Source: Dehalococcoidia bacterium
Lineage (GTDB): Bacteria; Chloroflexota; Dehalococcoidia; SZUA-161; JAUWZY01
DNA length: 64,000 bases
Assembly: GCA_034414595.1 (NCBI GenBank)
Contig: DAOULY010000017.1
Location: forward strand, 75,068-139,067
Direction of reading: 5' to 3'
In this document: positions 43,478 through 52,396 of the stretch, piece by piece
Position numbering within the stretch: the stretch's first letter is position 1
Layout: each line of letters starts with the position of its first letter
Translations under genes and position numbers: made by a program
The notes under the pieces: generated by a model
The model's database searches: none
What the model saw: only the letters and a program-made list of their open reading frames with translations
What the model was told of the DNA's origin: nothing

Positions 43478-44419
43478 TTGATGGAAAAAGGGGACAGGAT
43501 TTTTATTGCCAATCACGAAGGCATGATAGGTTCAGCCATTTTACGTCGTCTGCAGAGTGATGGCTACACAAATCTGATTATAAGAACCTCCTCTGAGTTA
43601 GATTTAACCGACCAGAAAATGGTCTGGGACTTTTTTATGGCGGAGAAGCCAGAGTATGTTTTCCTGACCACAGCAAAAGTGGGTGGCATTATTGCAGCCA
43701 GCAGATATCCTGCCGAATTCACTTATACTAATATACAGGTCCAGTCTAACATAATTCACTCCGCCTGGGAGTCTGGAGTCAAGAAATTGCTTTTCTTGGG
43801 GAGTTCGTGCATCTATCCCAGGGAGTGTCCCCAGCCTATGAAAGAGGAGCATTTGCTTTCAGGGAAGCTTGAGCCGACCAGCGAATCCTATTCAATCGCC
43901 AAGATCGCTGGCATAAAGATGTGCCAATCTTACAACGTCCAATATGGAATGAACTACATATCTGTAGTGCCCGGGGATAATTATGGTCCCAATGATGACT
44001 TTGACCTGGAAACGGCTCATGTCCTTCCTGCTTTGATGAGGAAATTCCACGAAGCAAAGATGCACAATGAGAAGGAAGTGACGGTTCTGGGTACTGGCTC
44101 TCCCAGGCGCGAGTGTTTCCATGTCGATGACCTGGCGGATGCCTGCCTCTTTCTGATGAGCAACTATGATTCGCCCGAGATAATTAACATTGGCTCCGGG
44201 AAAGACATGTCAATTAAAGAATTAGCGTTATTGATAAGAGACATCGTTGGTTTTAATGGTGATGTAGCTTTTGATGAGTCAAAACCAGACGGCGCTCCGC
44301 GGAAATGCCTGGATATCAGCAAAATAACAAAGATGGGCTGGGAGCCAAAGGTCGGCCCTGAGCAGGGAATCAAACAGACCTATGAGTGGTATGAAGAGCA
44401 TTTGGGGATGGTGAGGTGA
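43478..44419 (+). CDS. GDP-L-fucose synthase family 3,5-epimerase/4-reductase (Fcl/WcaG-like; possibly a GDP-heptose-modifying enzyme)
   Basis: 313-aa ORF collinear with E. coli Fcl: AKVGGI, NIIH, KLLFLGSSCIYP, EPTSESYSIAKIAG, HVLPALMRKFHEA, GSPRRECFHVDD, and KPDGAPRK. Confidence 0.8.
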   Translation: MMEKGDRIFIANHEGMIGSAILRRLQSDGYTNLIIRTSSELDLTDQKMVWDFFMAEKPEYVFLTTAKVGGIIAASRYPAEFTYTNIQVQSNIIHSAWESGVKKLLFLGSSCIYPRECPQPMKEEHLLSGKLEPTSESYSIAKIAGIKMCQSYNVQYGMNYISVVPGDNYGPNDDFDLETAHVLPALMRKFHEAKMHNEKEVTVLGTGSPRRECFHVDDLADACLFLMSNYDSPEIINIGSGKDMSIKELALLIRDIVGFNGDVAFDESKPDGAPRKCLDISKITKMGWEPKVGPEQGIKQTYEWYEEHLGMVR

Positions 44420-45348
44420 AAATATTAGTTACCGGAGCGGCAGGCTATATCGGTTCTATATTAGTCCCGCAATTACTAAAGCATGGTCGTGAAGTAATTG
44501 CCATAGATAGTTTCATGTATAATCAAACATCGCTATTGGACTGCTGCTATGACAGGAACTTAGAAGTTATTCGTGGCGATGCTCGGGATAAGGAGTTGAT
44601 ATCCAAATGCCTTAGAAAGGTGGATGCAATCTTCCCTTTGGCTTGTCTCACTGGTGCGCCCCTTTGTGCCAAAGACCCGGTTGGAGCTCAAACCGTTAAC
44701 TTTGATGCGGTCAAGATGATATCGGACCTACGCAGCAAACAGCAGTTGATAATTTTCCCCACTACCAACAGTGGATATGGAGTAGGACAAGAAGGGGTTT
44801 ATTGCACGGAAGAGACCCCTTTGAACCCTATTTCGTTGTACGGTCGGTTGAAGGTGGAAGTGGAGAAGGTTCTTTTAGATGCTGGCAATTGCATAACCCT
44901 GCGGCTTGCCACAGCATTTGGCGTCAGCCCTCGCATGCGCCTGGACCTTCTGGTAAACGATTTCACCTATCGTGCAGTTACCGATCGCTATGTAGTGCTC
45001 TTTGAGGCCCATTTCAAGAGAAACTATATCCATGTTCGTGATGTAGCCAAGGCATTTATCCATTGCCTGAGTAATTCTGACGCCATGAAAGACGAGCCCT
45101 ACAATGTAGGGCTGAGCGACGCCAATCTCAGTAAATGGGAACTATGCGAAGAGATAAAGAAACAGGTCCCTGATTTCTATTTCGTAGAATCGACAATCGG
45201 GGAGGATCCGGATAAAAGGGACTACATCGTGAGTAATGCGAAGATCGAGAGAACGGGATTTGAGCCAGATGTCTCCCTTCAAGAGGGGATCGCTGAGCTC
45301 ATAAAAGGATATCAGATTATTAGAAGGAGTCAATTCTCCAACGTCTGA
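44416..45348 (+). CDS. NAD-dependent epimerase/dehydratase family SDR
   Basis: 310-aa ORF (GTGA overlap with the upstream gene). VTGAAGYIGS, TNSGYG and YGRLK (YxxxK) are present. Confidence 0.7.
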   Translation: MKILVTGAAGYIGSILVPQLLKHGREVIAIDSFMYNQTSLLDCCYDRNLEVIRGDARDKELISKCLRKVDAIFPLACLTGAPLCAKDPVGAQTVNFDAVKMISDLRSKQQLIIFPTTNSGYGVGQEGVYCTEETPLNPISLYGRLKVEVEKVLLDAGNCITLRLATAFGVSPRMRLDLLVNDFTYRAVTDRYVVLFEAHFKRNYIHVRDVAKAFIHCLSNSDAMKDEPYNVGLSDANLSKWELCEEIKKQVPDFYFVESTIGEDPDKRDYIVSNAKIERTGFEPDVSLQEGIAELIKGYQIIRRSQFSNV

Positions 45349-45356
45349 GGCCGGAG

Positions 45357-46358
45357 ATGATCATAAGCAGAGCTCCTTTTCGCATCTCATTTTTCGGTGG
45401 TGGGACGGACTATCCAGTCTGGTATAAGGAAAATGGCGGGGCCGTATTGGGCGCGACCATCAATAAATACTGCTATATTACCTGTCGCTATTTACCACCA
45501 TTCTTTGAGCATAAACATCGAATTATTTGGTCTCAAACGGAGCTCGTCCAGGATATCGATGAGATTCGGCATCCATCCGTGCGGGAAACCGTGAGATTCA
45601 TGGGGATTACTGAGGGGTTGGAGATTCATCATGATGGTGATTTACCAGCCAGGTCGGGATTGGGCTCAAGTTCCACGTTCACAGTTTGCCTCCTTCATGC
45701 CCTTTGCGCCCTCAAGGGGACTATGCCCAGCAAGATGCAGTTGGCGCTTGATGCCATACATATCGAGCAGGAGATGATCAAGGAAAACGTAGGCTCTCAG
45801 GACCAGACTCTTGCCGCCTTTGGCGGGTTCAACCGTATAGATTTCAGTGGGGAACAAGATATCCAAGTTCAGTCGGTCAAGCTAAACCCAGAGAGGCTTG
45901 AGCAGCTTCAGAATCATTTGATGTTGTTCTTCACCGGATTTTCTCGAACGGCTTCTCAGATCGCTGGCGAACAAATCAGCGAGACCCCCAATAAGAAACG
46001 AGAATTGACCGAAATGTACCAGATGGTGGATGAAGCCACACGTATTCTTAATGGAGATGACGATCTTATAGAATTCGGGAAACTGCTACATGAAAGCTGG
46101 CGGCTTAAGCGTAGTCTGACCGACAAAATATCCACACCCTACATTGATTACCTTTATGATGCTGCTATGAGTGCCGGCGCTACGGGGGGGAAAATCCTTG
46201 GCGCTGGCGGTGGTGGCTTTGTTCTTTTCTTTGTTAGGCCTGAGCTTCAAACTGAGGTACACGAAAAGCTACGCGGGCTGTTACATGTACCCTTCCGATT
46301 TGAGGATTCAGGGAGTCAGATCATCTTCTATGATCCCAATTCGCTTTACGGAAAATGA
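45357..46358 (+). CDS. GHMP-family sugar kinase, D-glycero-D-manno-heptose-7-phosphate kinase (HddA)-like
   Basis: 333-aa ORF. SRAPFRISFFGGGTDYP, GDLPARSGLGSSSTF (GHMP motif II) and KILGAGGGGF (motif III) are present. Confidence 0.75.
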   Translation: MIISRAPFRISFFGGGTDYPVWYKENGGAVLGATINKYCYITCRYLPPFFEHKHRIIWSQTELVQDIDEIRHPSVRETVRFMGITEGLEIHHDGDLPARSGLGSSSTFTVCLLHALCALKGTMPSKMQLALDAIHIEQEMIKENVGSQDQTLAAFGGFNRIDFSGEQDIQVQSVKLNPERLEQLQNHLMLFFTGFSRTASQIAGEQISETPNKKRELTEMYQMVDEATRILNGDDDLIEFGKLLHESWRLKRSLTDKISTPYIDYLYDAAMSAGATGGKILGAGGGGFVLFFVRPELQTEVHEKLRGLLHVPFRFEDSGSQIIFYDPNSLYGK

Positions 46359-47212
46359 AACGGAAGCTCTTGTTTGAAGAAAGAATAGCTCAGCTGGAGC
46401 AGAAAGCGAGCTGGGTGCGCAAGGAGGTTTTAGAAATGTGCTTCCGCACAGGATGCGGACACATTGTTTCATCATTTTCATGTACGGATATCCTGGTTGC
46501 TCTTTATTATGGGGGCACGTTTCGTTTTGACCCATCCAATCGACATTGGGAGGGACGTGACAGATTTATTATGAGCAAAGGTCATGGAGCTATAGCCTTG
46601 TATCCGATTTTGGCGGATTTGGGGTTTTTCTCATTGGATGAATTGTCGAAATTCTGCCAGTGCGGCGGCATACTGGGGGCGCATCCGGATCATGTGATTC
46701 CGGGGGTAGAGGTAGTCAGTGGGTCACTAGGACATGGTCTGGGTCTTGCCGCCGGGCTTGCTTTAGCTACCAAAATGGACAAGCAAGATCGTGCGACTGT
46801 TGTTTTGCTTGGAGATGGCGAGTGTTATGAAGGAGCGGTATGGGAAGCGGCTATGTTTGCCGGACACCATCAACTCAATAATCTGACTGGCATTGTTGAT
46901 CGTAATCGTCTTTCTGTAACCGATTTTACGGAAAACTCTTTGCGCTTGGACCCTTTTGATGAGAAATGGAGGTCCTTTGGTTGGGAGACCACCACTATTG
47001 ACGGACACTCTTTTGCAGAGATTCTTGCCGTTTTAGAAAATCTCCACTCCCGCAGTTCCTCGAAGCCTTTGATGATCATCGCCAATACGGTCAAAGGTAA
47101 GGGGGTGTCTTTCATGCAAAACGAGCCTCTTTGGCACGTCCTTGTTCCCAATGCTGAGCAAGTTGAACTGGCGAGGAGAGAGCTGAGTCGTGACGAAGAC
47201 AAATCCACTTAA
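46355..47212 (+). CDS. Transketolase, N-terminal subunit, copy 2
   Basis: 285-aa ORF. DRFIMSKGHGA, GSLGHGLGLA, LLGDGECYEG and VDRNRLS are present. Roughly 40-45% identical to copy 1 by eye. Confidence 0.85.
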   Translation: MKRKLLFEERIAQLEQKASWVRKEVLEMCFRTGCGHIVSSFSCTDILVALYYGGTFRFDPSNRHWEGRDRFIMSKGHGAIALYPILADLGFFSLDELSKFCQCGGILGAHPDHVIPGVEVVSGSLGHGLGLAAGLALATKMDKQDRATVVLLGDGECYEGAVWEAAMFAGHHQLNNLTGIVDRNRLSVTDFTENSLRLDPFDEKWRSFGWETTTIDGHSFAEILAVLENLHSRSSSKPLMIIANTVKGKGVSFMQNEPLWHVLVPNAEQVELARRELSRDEDKST

Positions 47213-48164
47213 AGGGACGGTTGCTAAAATAAGAAATCTCGATGTCGCTCCCAGAGATGCCTTTTTTGGGGAGCTATATCGCATTGCCGCGCAGGATCGG
47301 CGGGTTATATTAATAAGTGACGATTTTGGCGCTCCTGCCCTCGATAAGTTCAGGAGAGACCTCAGTGATCAATATATCAGTATTGGCATCGCAGAGCAGA
47401 ATATGATCAGTGTTGCTGCAGGATTGGCTTTAGGAGGCAAGATCGTCTTCACATATGCCATTGCGTCTTTTGCTACTATGCGCTGTTATGAACAGCTAAA
47501 GCTTGATTTGTGTTGTTTGAATCTTCCGGTGACCAGCATAGGAGTTGGTGCAGGGTATTCCTATGGCCATGCCGGTCTTACGCACCAGGCCACAGAAGAT
47601 ATCTCCATAATGCGTGCGCTTCCCGGAATGACAATCTTGAGTCCCTCTGATAATGTGATGACTGTAGCATTCGCGGAGATAGCCTATAGAGACCCTGGGC
47701 CCAAATATATCCGGCTTGACCGAGAAAAGCTTCCACTGATCTACGATGAACATCATGACTTCTCCGCGGGCTTGGCCAATCTTAAGACCGGCAGAGATTT
47801 GACTATCATTGCTACCGGCATAATGGTGCACCAGGCTTTTAAGGTGGCGGACGAGCTTGCTAAGCACGCTATAGATGTAGGGATTGTTGATCTGTATCGG
47901 ATAAAGCCCATCAATGAAGGGTTGCTGTTGAAAGTCATCGAACAATCGAAACGAATAGTGACCCTGGAGGAGCATTTAATCAACGGTGGGGTCGGCAGTA
48001 TTATTGCCGAATTCTTAATTGATAATGGTAAAACGTTGCCACTGAAGCGCCTCGCTATTCCAGGTCGATACTATTTTGAGTATGGTGGTAGGCATGAACT
48101 ACACGTTTCTTGTGGTCTGGATGTGGATACAGTCACCGAGATACTTTTGGCATGGCTCCGATGA
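47190..48164 (+). CDS. Transketolase, C-terminal subunit, copy 2
   Basis: 324-aa ORF. YISIGIAEQNMISVAAGLA, GLTHQATEDISIMRALPGM and LEEHLINGGVGS are present. Confidence 0.85.
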   Translation: MTKTNPLKGTVAKIRNLDVAPRDAFFGELYRIAAQDRRVILISDDFGAPALDKFRRDLSDQYISIGIAEQNMISVAAGLALGGKIVFTYAIASFATMRCYEQLKLDLCCLNLPVTSIGVGAGYSYGHAGLTHQATEDISIMRALPGMTILSPSDNVMTVAFAEIAYRDPGPKYIRLDREKLPLIYDEHHDFSAGLANLKTGRDLTIIATGIMVHQAFKVADELAKHAIDVGIVDLYRIKPINEGLLLKVIEQSKRIVTLEEHLINGGVGSIIAEFLIDNGKTLPLKRLAIPGRYYFEYGGRHELHVSCGLDVDTVTEILLAWLR

Positions 48165-48280
48165 ACAACTCTCAAATACCCCTTTTCATTCAAGCTAATG
48201 CCCTTCGGTAGCGAGGTTTGCTGCTGATCTGCATACCAGTGGCTGTATAACGAGGTGATAAGAGTTTTGGGGAGGACTAA

Positions 48281-49225
48281 ATGTACAGCAAAATCTGGGT
48301 GACCGGCGGGTCAGGGCTGGTGGGTGCAGCTTTACAGTCCATCAAAGATGACTATACCGAGAGAGAATTCACATTTACTGGCTCGAAAGACTGTGATTTG
48401 ACCAATTTGGATAATGTATTGAAATATGTGGAAACTCATAGACCTGATGCCATTATCCACCTGGCAGCGGTCAGTGGGGGTATTGGTCTTAGTATCAAGT
48501 ACCCCGCTACCTTGCTCAGAGATAATGTGTTGATGAACATTAACGTTCTGGAGGCAGCAAGAATCCTGGCGGTGAAGAAGGTGGTGATGACGCTTTCGAC
48601 GGGGATGTATCCAGCCGATGTCCCTAATCCAATCTTGGAAGAGTACATCCACGATGGCTCTCCCCATGAATCGAATTACAGTTATGCCTTTGCCAAAAGA
48701 CTGGTCGATCCAGAGATCAAGGCCTACAGGACTGAATATGGGTTGAACGTAATCGGGCTGGTGCCGAATGGTATTATTGGGGAGAATAGCAACTACAGCT
48801 ATGAGGCTTCTACTGTGGTGGCGGCCCTCATTAGGCGTTTCTACGAGAACAGGGAAGGGGATTCAAAGATAGTAATCTGGGGTGATGGGTCGCCCTTGAG
48901 AGAGTTTACCTATGCCAAGGATATTGCTCGGGCCTACATGTGGTGCCTTGACAATTATGACAATGAGCAGATTCTGCACATCGGGACGACTGAGGAGCAT
49001 AGCATAAAAGATATGGCCTATATGATTGCCGATATCTTAGGCATTGATACAAACCGCATACAATTTGATACCTCGAAGCCAAGCGGCCAGTTCAGAAAAA
49101 ATACCGACAATTCAAAATTCGTCCGGCTCTCTAATTTTCAATTTACCCCGTTCAAAGTCGGTTTGGAGAACACGATAAAGTGGTTCTGTGATCATTATGG
49201 CGACAAAACCAAACTTCGGCTATAG
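48281..49225 (+). CDS. Fcl-family NAD(P)-dependent epimerase/reductase, second diverged copy
   Basis: 314-aa ORF. VTGGSGLVGAAL, YSYAFAK and WGDGSPLREFTYAKD parallel the Fcl blocks. Confidence 0.65.
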   Translation: MYSKIWVTGGSGLVGAALQSIKDDYTEREFTFTGSKDCDLTNLDNVLKYVETHRPDAIIHLAAVSGGIGLSIKYPATLLRDNVLMNINVLEAARILAVKKVVMTLSTGMYPADVPNPILEEYIHDGSPHESNYSYAFAKRLVDPEIKAYRTEYGLNVIGLVPNGIIGENSNYSYEASTVVAALIRRFYENREGDSKIVIWGDGSPLREFTYAKDIARAYMWCLDNYDNEQILHIGTTEEHSIKDMAYMIADILGIDTNRIQFDTSKPSGQFRKNTDNSKFVRLSNFQFTPFKVGLENTIKWFCDHYGDKTKLRL

Positions 49226-49304
49226 GTGTTCATTGGTTGAAGAGTAGGGACTGGTCTACTGGCAGAGCTGTGCGAGTTTCAGGGATGATGAAGGAAATGC
49301 CAGC

Positions 49305-50279
49305 ATGAAATACAGAAAACTCGACAATACTGGGCTTGAGGTATCTGAGATAGGTTTTGGTGCCTGGGGCATCGGTGGTCTGACTCGTGGGGCAACTTCT
49401 TATGGGCCGACGAGTGATGAGGAGTCAAAACTTGCGCTTCGATTGGCCTTCGAGTCTGGTATCACCTTTTACGATACGTCTGATCTGTATGGGTACGGCC
49501 ACAGTGAGAGATTGATCGGAGAGACCCTGAAGGACGTTAGGGGAAAAACGGTGATAGCATCAAAGGTTGGGTTCCTGGAACATAATGGCCCTCAAGATTT
49601 TTCACCCAGACACATTAGAGAATCGATCGAGCGGAGCCTGAAGCGGCTGCAAACGGACTACCTTGACCTCTACCAGCTTCACAGCCCACCGATAGACCTG
49701 CTGGAAAAGGATGACAGCATTTTGCATACCTTGAGTTCTCTGCAAAAAGAGGGCAAGACACGTGCTATTGGGATCTCTGCCCGTTCTCCTGACGACGGAT
49801 TGATTGCTATAGAGAAATTGGGCTTTAAGTCAGTTCAGGTGAACTTCAATATGGTGGACCAGAGAGCCATTGAGAATGGTCTGTTTGATCTGGCGAAGAA
49901 AGAGAATGCGGGGATTATAGTCAGAACACCTCTATGTTTCGGTTTTCTCACCGGAGGGTATTCGGCTGATAGCGAGTTCGATTTCCGGGACCATCGAAGC
50001 ACGTGGCCTCGTGAGCAAATAGAGCGCTGGGCAACAGCCCAGCAATTATTCTCTTCTATTCTCGAGGAAAATGAGGGACAAACTGGTGCCCAAATAGCGC
50101 TAAGGTTCTGTCTGTCATTTCAAAGTGTTTCTTCTATCATCCCCGGAATGCTCACCGCAGGGGAAGTTAGAGAAAACGTCCTGGCAAGCGAGTTAGGCCC
50201 ATTTGCAGAGCGGGAACTGCTGAAGATCAATGAGATATATCGGGATAACACATTCTTCCTGGGTCTAAAACCAAGGTAA
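49305..50279 (+). CDS. Aldo/keto reductase
   Basis: 324-aa ORF. GFGAWGIGG, FYDTSDLYG, DYLDLYQLHSP and IPGM are present. Confidence 0.85.
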   Translation: MKYRKLDNTGLEVSEIGFGAWGIGGLTRGATSYGPTSDEESKLALRLAFESGITFYDTSDLYGYGHSERLIGETLKDVRGKTVIASKVGFLEHNGPQDFSPRHIRESIERSLKRLQTDYLDLYQLHSPPIDLLEKDDSILHTLSSLQKEGKTRAIGISARSPDDGLIAIEKLGFKSVQVNFNMVDQRAIENGLFDLAKKENAGIIVRTPLCFGFLTGGYSADSEFDFRDHRSTWPREQIERWATAQQLFSSILEENEGQTGAQIALRFCLSFQSVSSIIPGMLTAGEVRENVLASELGPFAERELLKINEIYRDNTFFLGLKPR

Positions 50280-50282
50280 ATC

Positions 50283-51386
50283 ATGGTGGGAACAGATTGG
50301 TACGTTGATTTTGCACAACTCTGGGTTGAGGAGCAGCAGCTACTTGCTGAACTTGCTGCACTGGTCCCCGCCGATGGAACGATTGTTGAGATAGGAACCG
50401 CTCAAGGCGGTTCGGCCTATATCTTCCATAGGACTACCGTTCACAAAGAGGTAAATATATACTCCTATGATATCGCACCATTGCCGGAGGCTTATGAACA
50501 TCTGAAGAACACAAGCGTTACCATTATTGCCAAGCCTTCGACAGAAGGCGCCCTCACCTGGATGCAGACAGTTGGCCAGCCTATCGACCTTCTGTTCATA
50601 GATGGGAGTCATACTCTCCAGCACCTGTTTGAAGATTTCAATTCATGGGTGTCATTTCTCAAGCCTGGGGGCAGGGTCGTATTCCATGATTATGACCCAG
50701 TGGAGCGGGGCGGACTGGCGCATCTGGGCGTCCGAGTTTGTCTGGATGCGATACTGCGGTGTCAGCTGCTCAACCAGCCGATTCATCAGTATAGAATGCT
50801 GCACGGGACAATCGAACACCCAGGGGAGATACAATTGGATGAAACAGCCTGCTACCAGTCCTTTGGTGACTTGGGTCGTCAGATTGTTCGTATTCGCGAT
50901 TCAGACTATACCGGTTGGGCCATCGTCGATAGCGGGTCTTTTGCCAAATTGCTGAGGTATTGCCTCAAGATAGACCACACGGCGGTGCCAATATTACCCG
51001 AGCAAGCAACTGACCCGAACAGGAAGTACCTTGTATCGGCACGACCTTTGGTAGCTGCCATCGACCTGCTGAGAGGGCGCGGCATACCGGAGGATTCAAT
51101 CGTGGCAATTGACAGTCTCCAGGCCTGCTATCTTCTTGCTCGTGCCATTGAGACAAACCGCGATCACCTCTTGACGTTGACATCTTCCTCAAGCGAGTTC
51201 ATGCGCTGGGAGGAGATACTATTCATGTTCGAACATGCCTTTGGCGCCTCGCAGTTTCCCGATAGAGTGCCTGACGCATGCGTTGAGTCAGACCTAACCC
51301 AACTATCACAGGTGGTGGCACGTGAGCAGGTGAGGCTGGCTATTCTCTCCAATATCCTGAAGACCTTTGTAGACTGGACGCCCTAA
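50283..51386 (+). CDS. Class I SAM methyltransferase (Methyltransf_24-like) with about 200-aa C-terminal extension of unknown function
   Basis: 367-aa ORF. IVEIGTAQGGSAYIF, LLFIDGSHTLQHL and LKPGGRVVFHDY are present. Confidence 0.5.
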   Translation: MVGTDWYVDFAQLWVEEQQLLAELAALVPADGTIVEIGTAQGGSAYIFHRTTVHKEVNIYSYDIAPLPEAYEHLKNTSVTIIAKPSTEGALTWMQTVGQPIDLLFIDGSHTLQHLFEDFNSWVSFLKPGGRVVFHDYDPVERGGLAHLGVRVCLDAILRCQLLNQPIHQYRMLHGTIEHPGEIQLDETACYQSFGDLGRQIVRIRDSDYTGWAIVDSGSFAKLLRYCLKIDHTAVPILPEQATDPNRKYLVSARPLVAAIDLLRGRGIPEDSIVAIDSLQACYLLARAIETNRDHLLTLTSSSSEFMRWEEILFMFEHAFGASQFPDRVPDACVESDLTQLSQVVAREQVRLAILSNILKTFVDWTP

Positions 51387-51415
51387 GTCATGCGCAGACG
51401 GAGGACAACAACAAA

Positions 51416-52393
51416 ATGCTAACTGTGTTCGCAATACCCAAACCCTTCCGGGGACACATAGGGATTATCCAGAACAACGCCATACGAAGCTGGACAAGAC
51501 TTCGTCCCGATTATGAGATCATTTTGTTTGGCAATGATGAGGGTACAGCAGAGATTGCTGCTGAGCTGGGAATAAAGCATGTTCCCGAGGTAGAGTATAA
51601 CGAATACGGCACCCCGTTAATCAATTCCATGCTCGACATAGCCCAAGACATAGCAAGTTATGAAATCCTGTGCTGGATTAATGCCGACATCATCCTGCTG
51701 AGCGACTTTCCCACCGCTGTCGAGCAGGCTATTACGCATGTGGGCAGAGATCCCTACCTGCTCATAGGTCGGCGCTGGAACATCGATCTGAAGGAGGAGT
51801 GGGATTTCAGCAATGCGGACTGGGAAGCACACCTGCGGGCTTATGCCGAAAGTGTGTGTCGGCAGCGTATCCCTGTAGGGATGGACTACTACATTTTCCC
51901 TCGTGGCCTGTTTCGCAACTTGCCTCCTTTTGCTGTGGGGCGATTATCAGCTAGCAACTGGATGGTCTACCAAGTGCTGTCCCAGGGTGTTCCGGTTATT
52001 GACGTCACTTATGTAGCCACTGCCATTCATCAGAGACATGATTATGCGCATCAGCAGAATGTGTTAGGAGAAGAAGCAGCGCAGGCGGATAATGTAGACC
52101 CTTTGAAAGCCTATAACATCATCTCCATGAGCCCAGAGGCAGAGCGGAATCGCCAGCTCGCTGGCGGAAAAAACCCGATTTTTTCGCCTCTGGACGTTAC
52201 CTGGATACTCACAAAAAGTGGCTCTTTGAGACAGCCGCCTCGGGTAAGACGTCTCTATCACCGTCTTTTCGCATACAGGGTGCCAGCCCCTTTCCCACGG
52301 GTACACCTCTTCAGGCCACCATTGAGAGCCTTTGCCGCACTTGTAAGAGCGCTCCGGGCAGTAAAGGGAAAGCCCAAAGCGCGTTTCCTCTAA
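51416..52393 (+). CDS. Hypothetical protein, possibly a GT-A-like glycosyltransferase with a basic amphipathic C-terminal tail
   Basis: 325-aa ORF. MLTVFAIPKPFRGHIGIIQNNAIRSW..., INADIILL (DxD-like) and the C-terminal RVRRLYHRLFAYRV...LRAVKGKPKARFL are present. Weak pattern-level call. Confidence 0.3.
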   Translation: MLTVFAIPKPFRGHIGIIQNNAIRSWTRLRPDYEIILFGNDEGTAEIAAELGIKHVPEVEYNEYGTPLINSMLDIAQDIASYEILCWINADIILLSDFPTAVEQAITHVGRDPYLLIGRRWNIDLKEEWDFSNADWEAHLRAYAESVCRQRIPVGMDYYIFPRGLFRNLPPFAVGRLSASNWMVYQVLSQGVPVIDVTYVATAIHQRHDYAHQQNVLGEEAAQADNVDPLKAYNIISMSPEAERNRQLAGGKNPIFSPLDVTWILTKSGSLRQPPRVRRLYHRLFAYRVPAPFPRVHLFRPPLRAFAALVRALRAVKGKPKARFL

Positions 52394-52396
52394 GCC

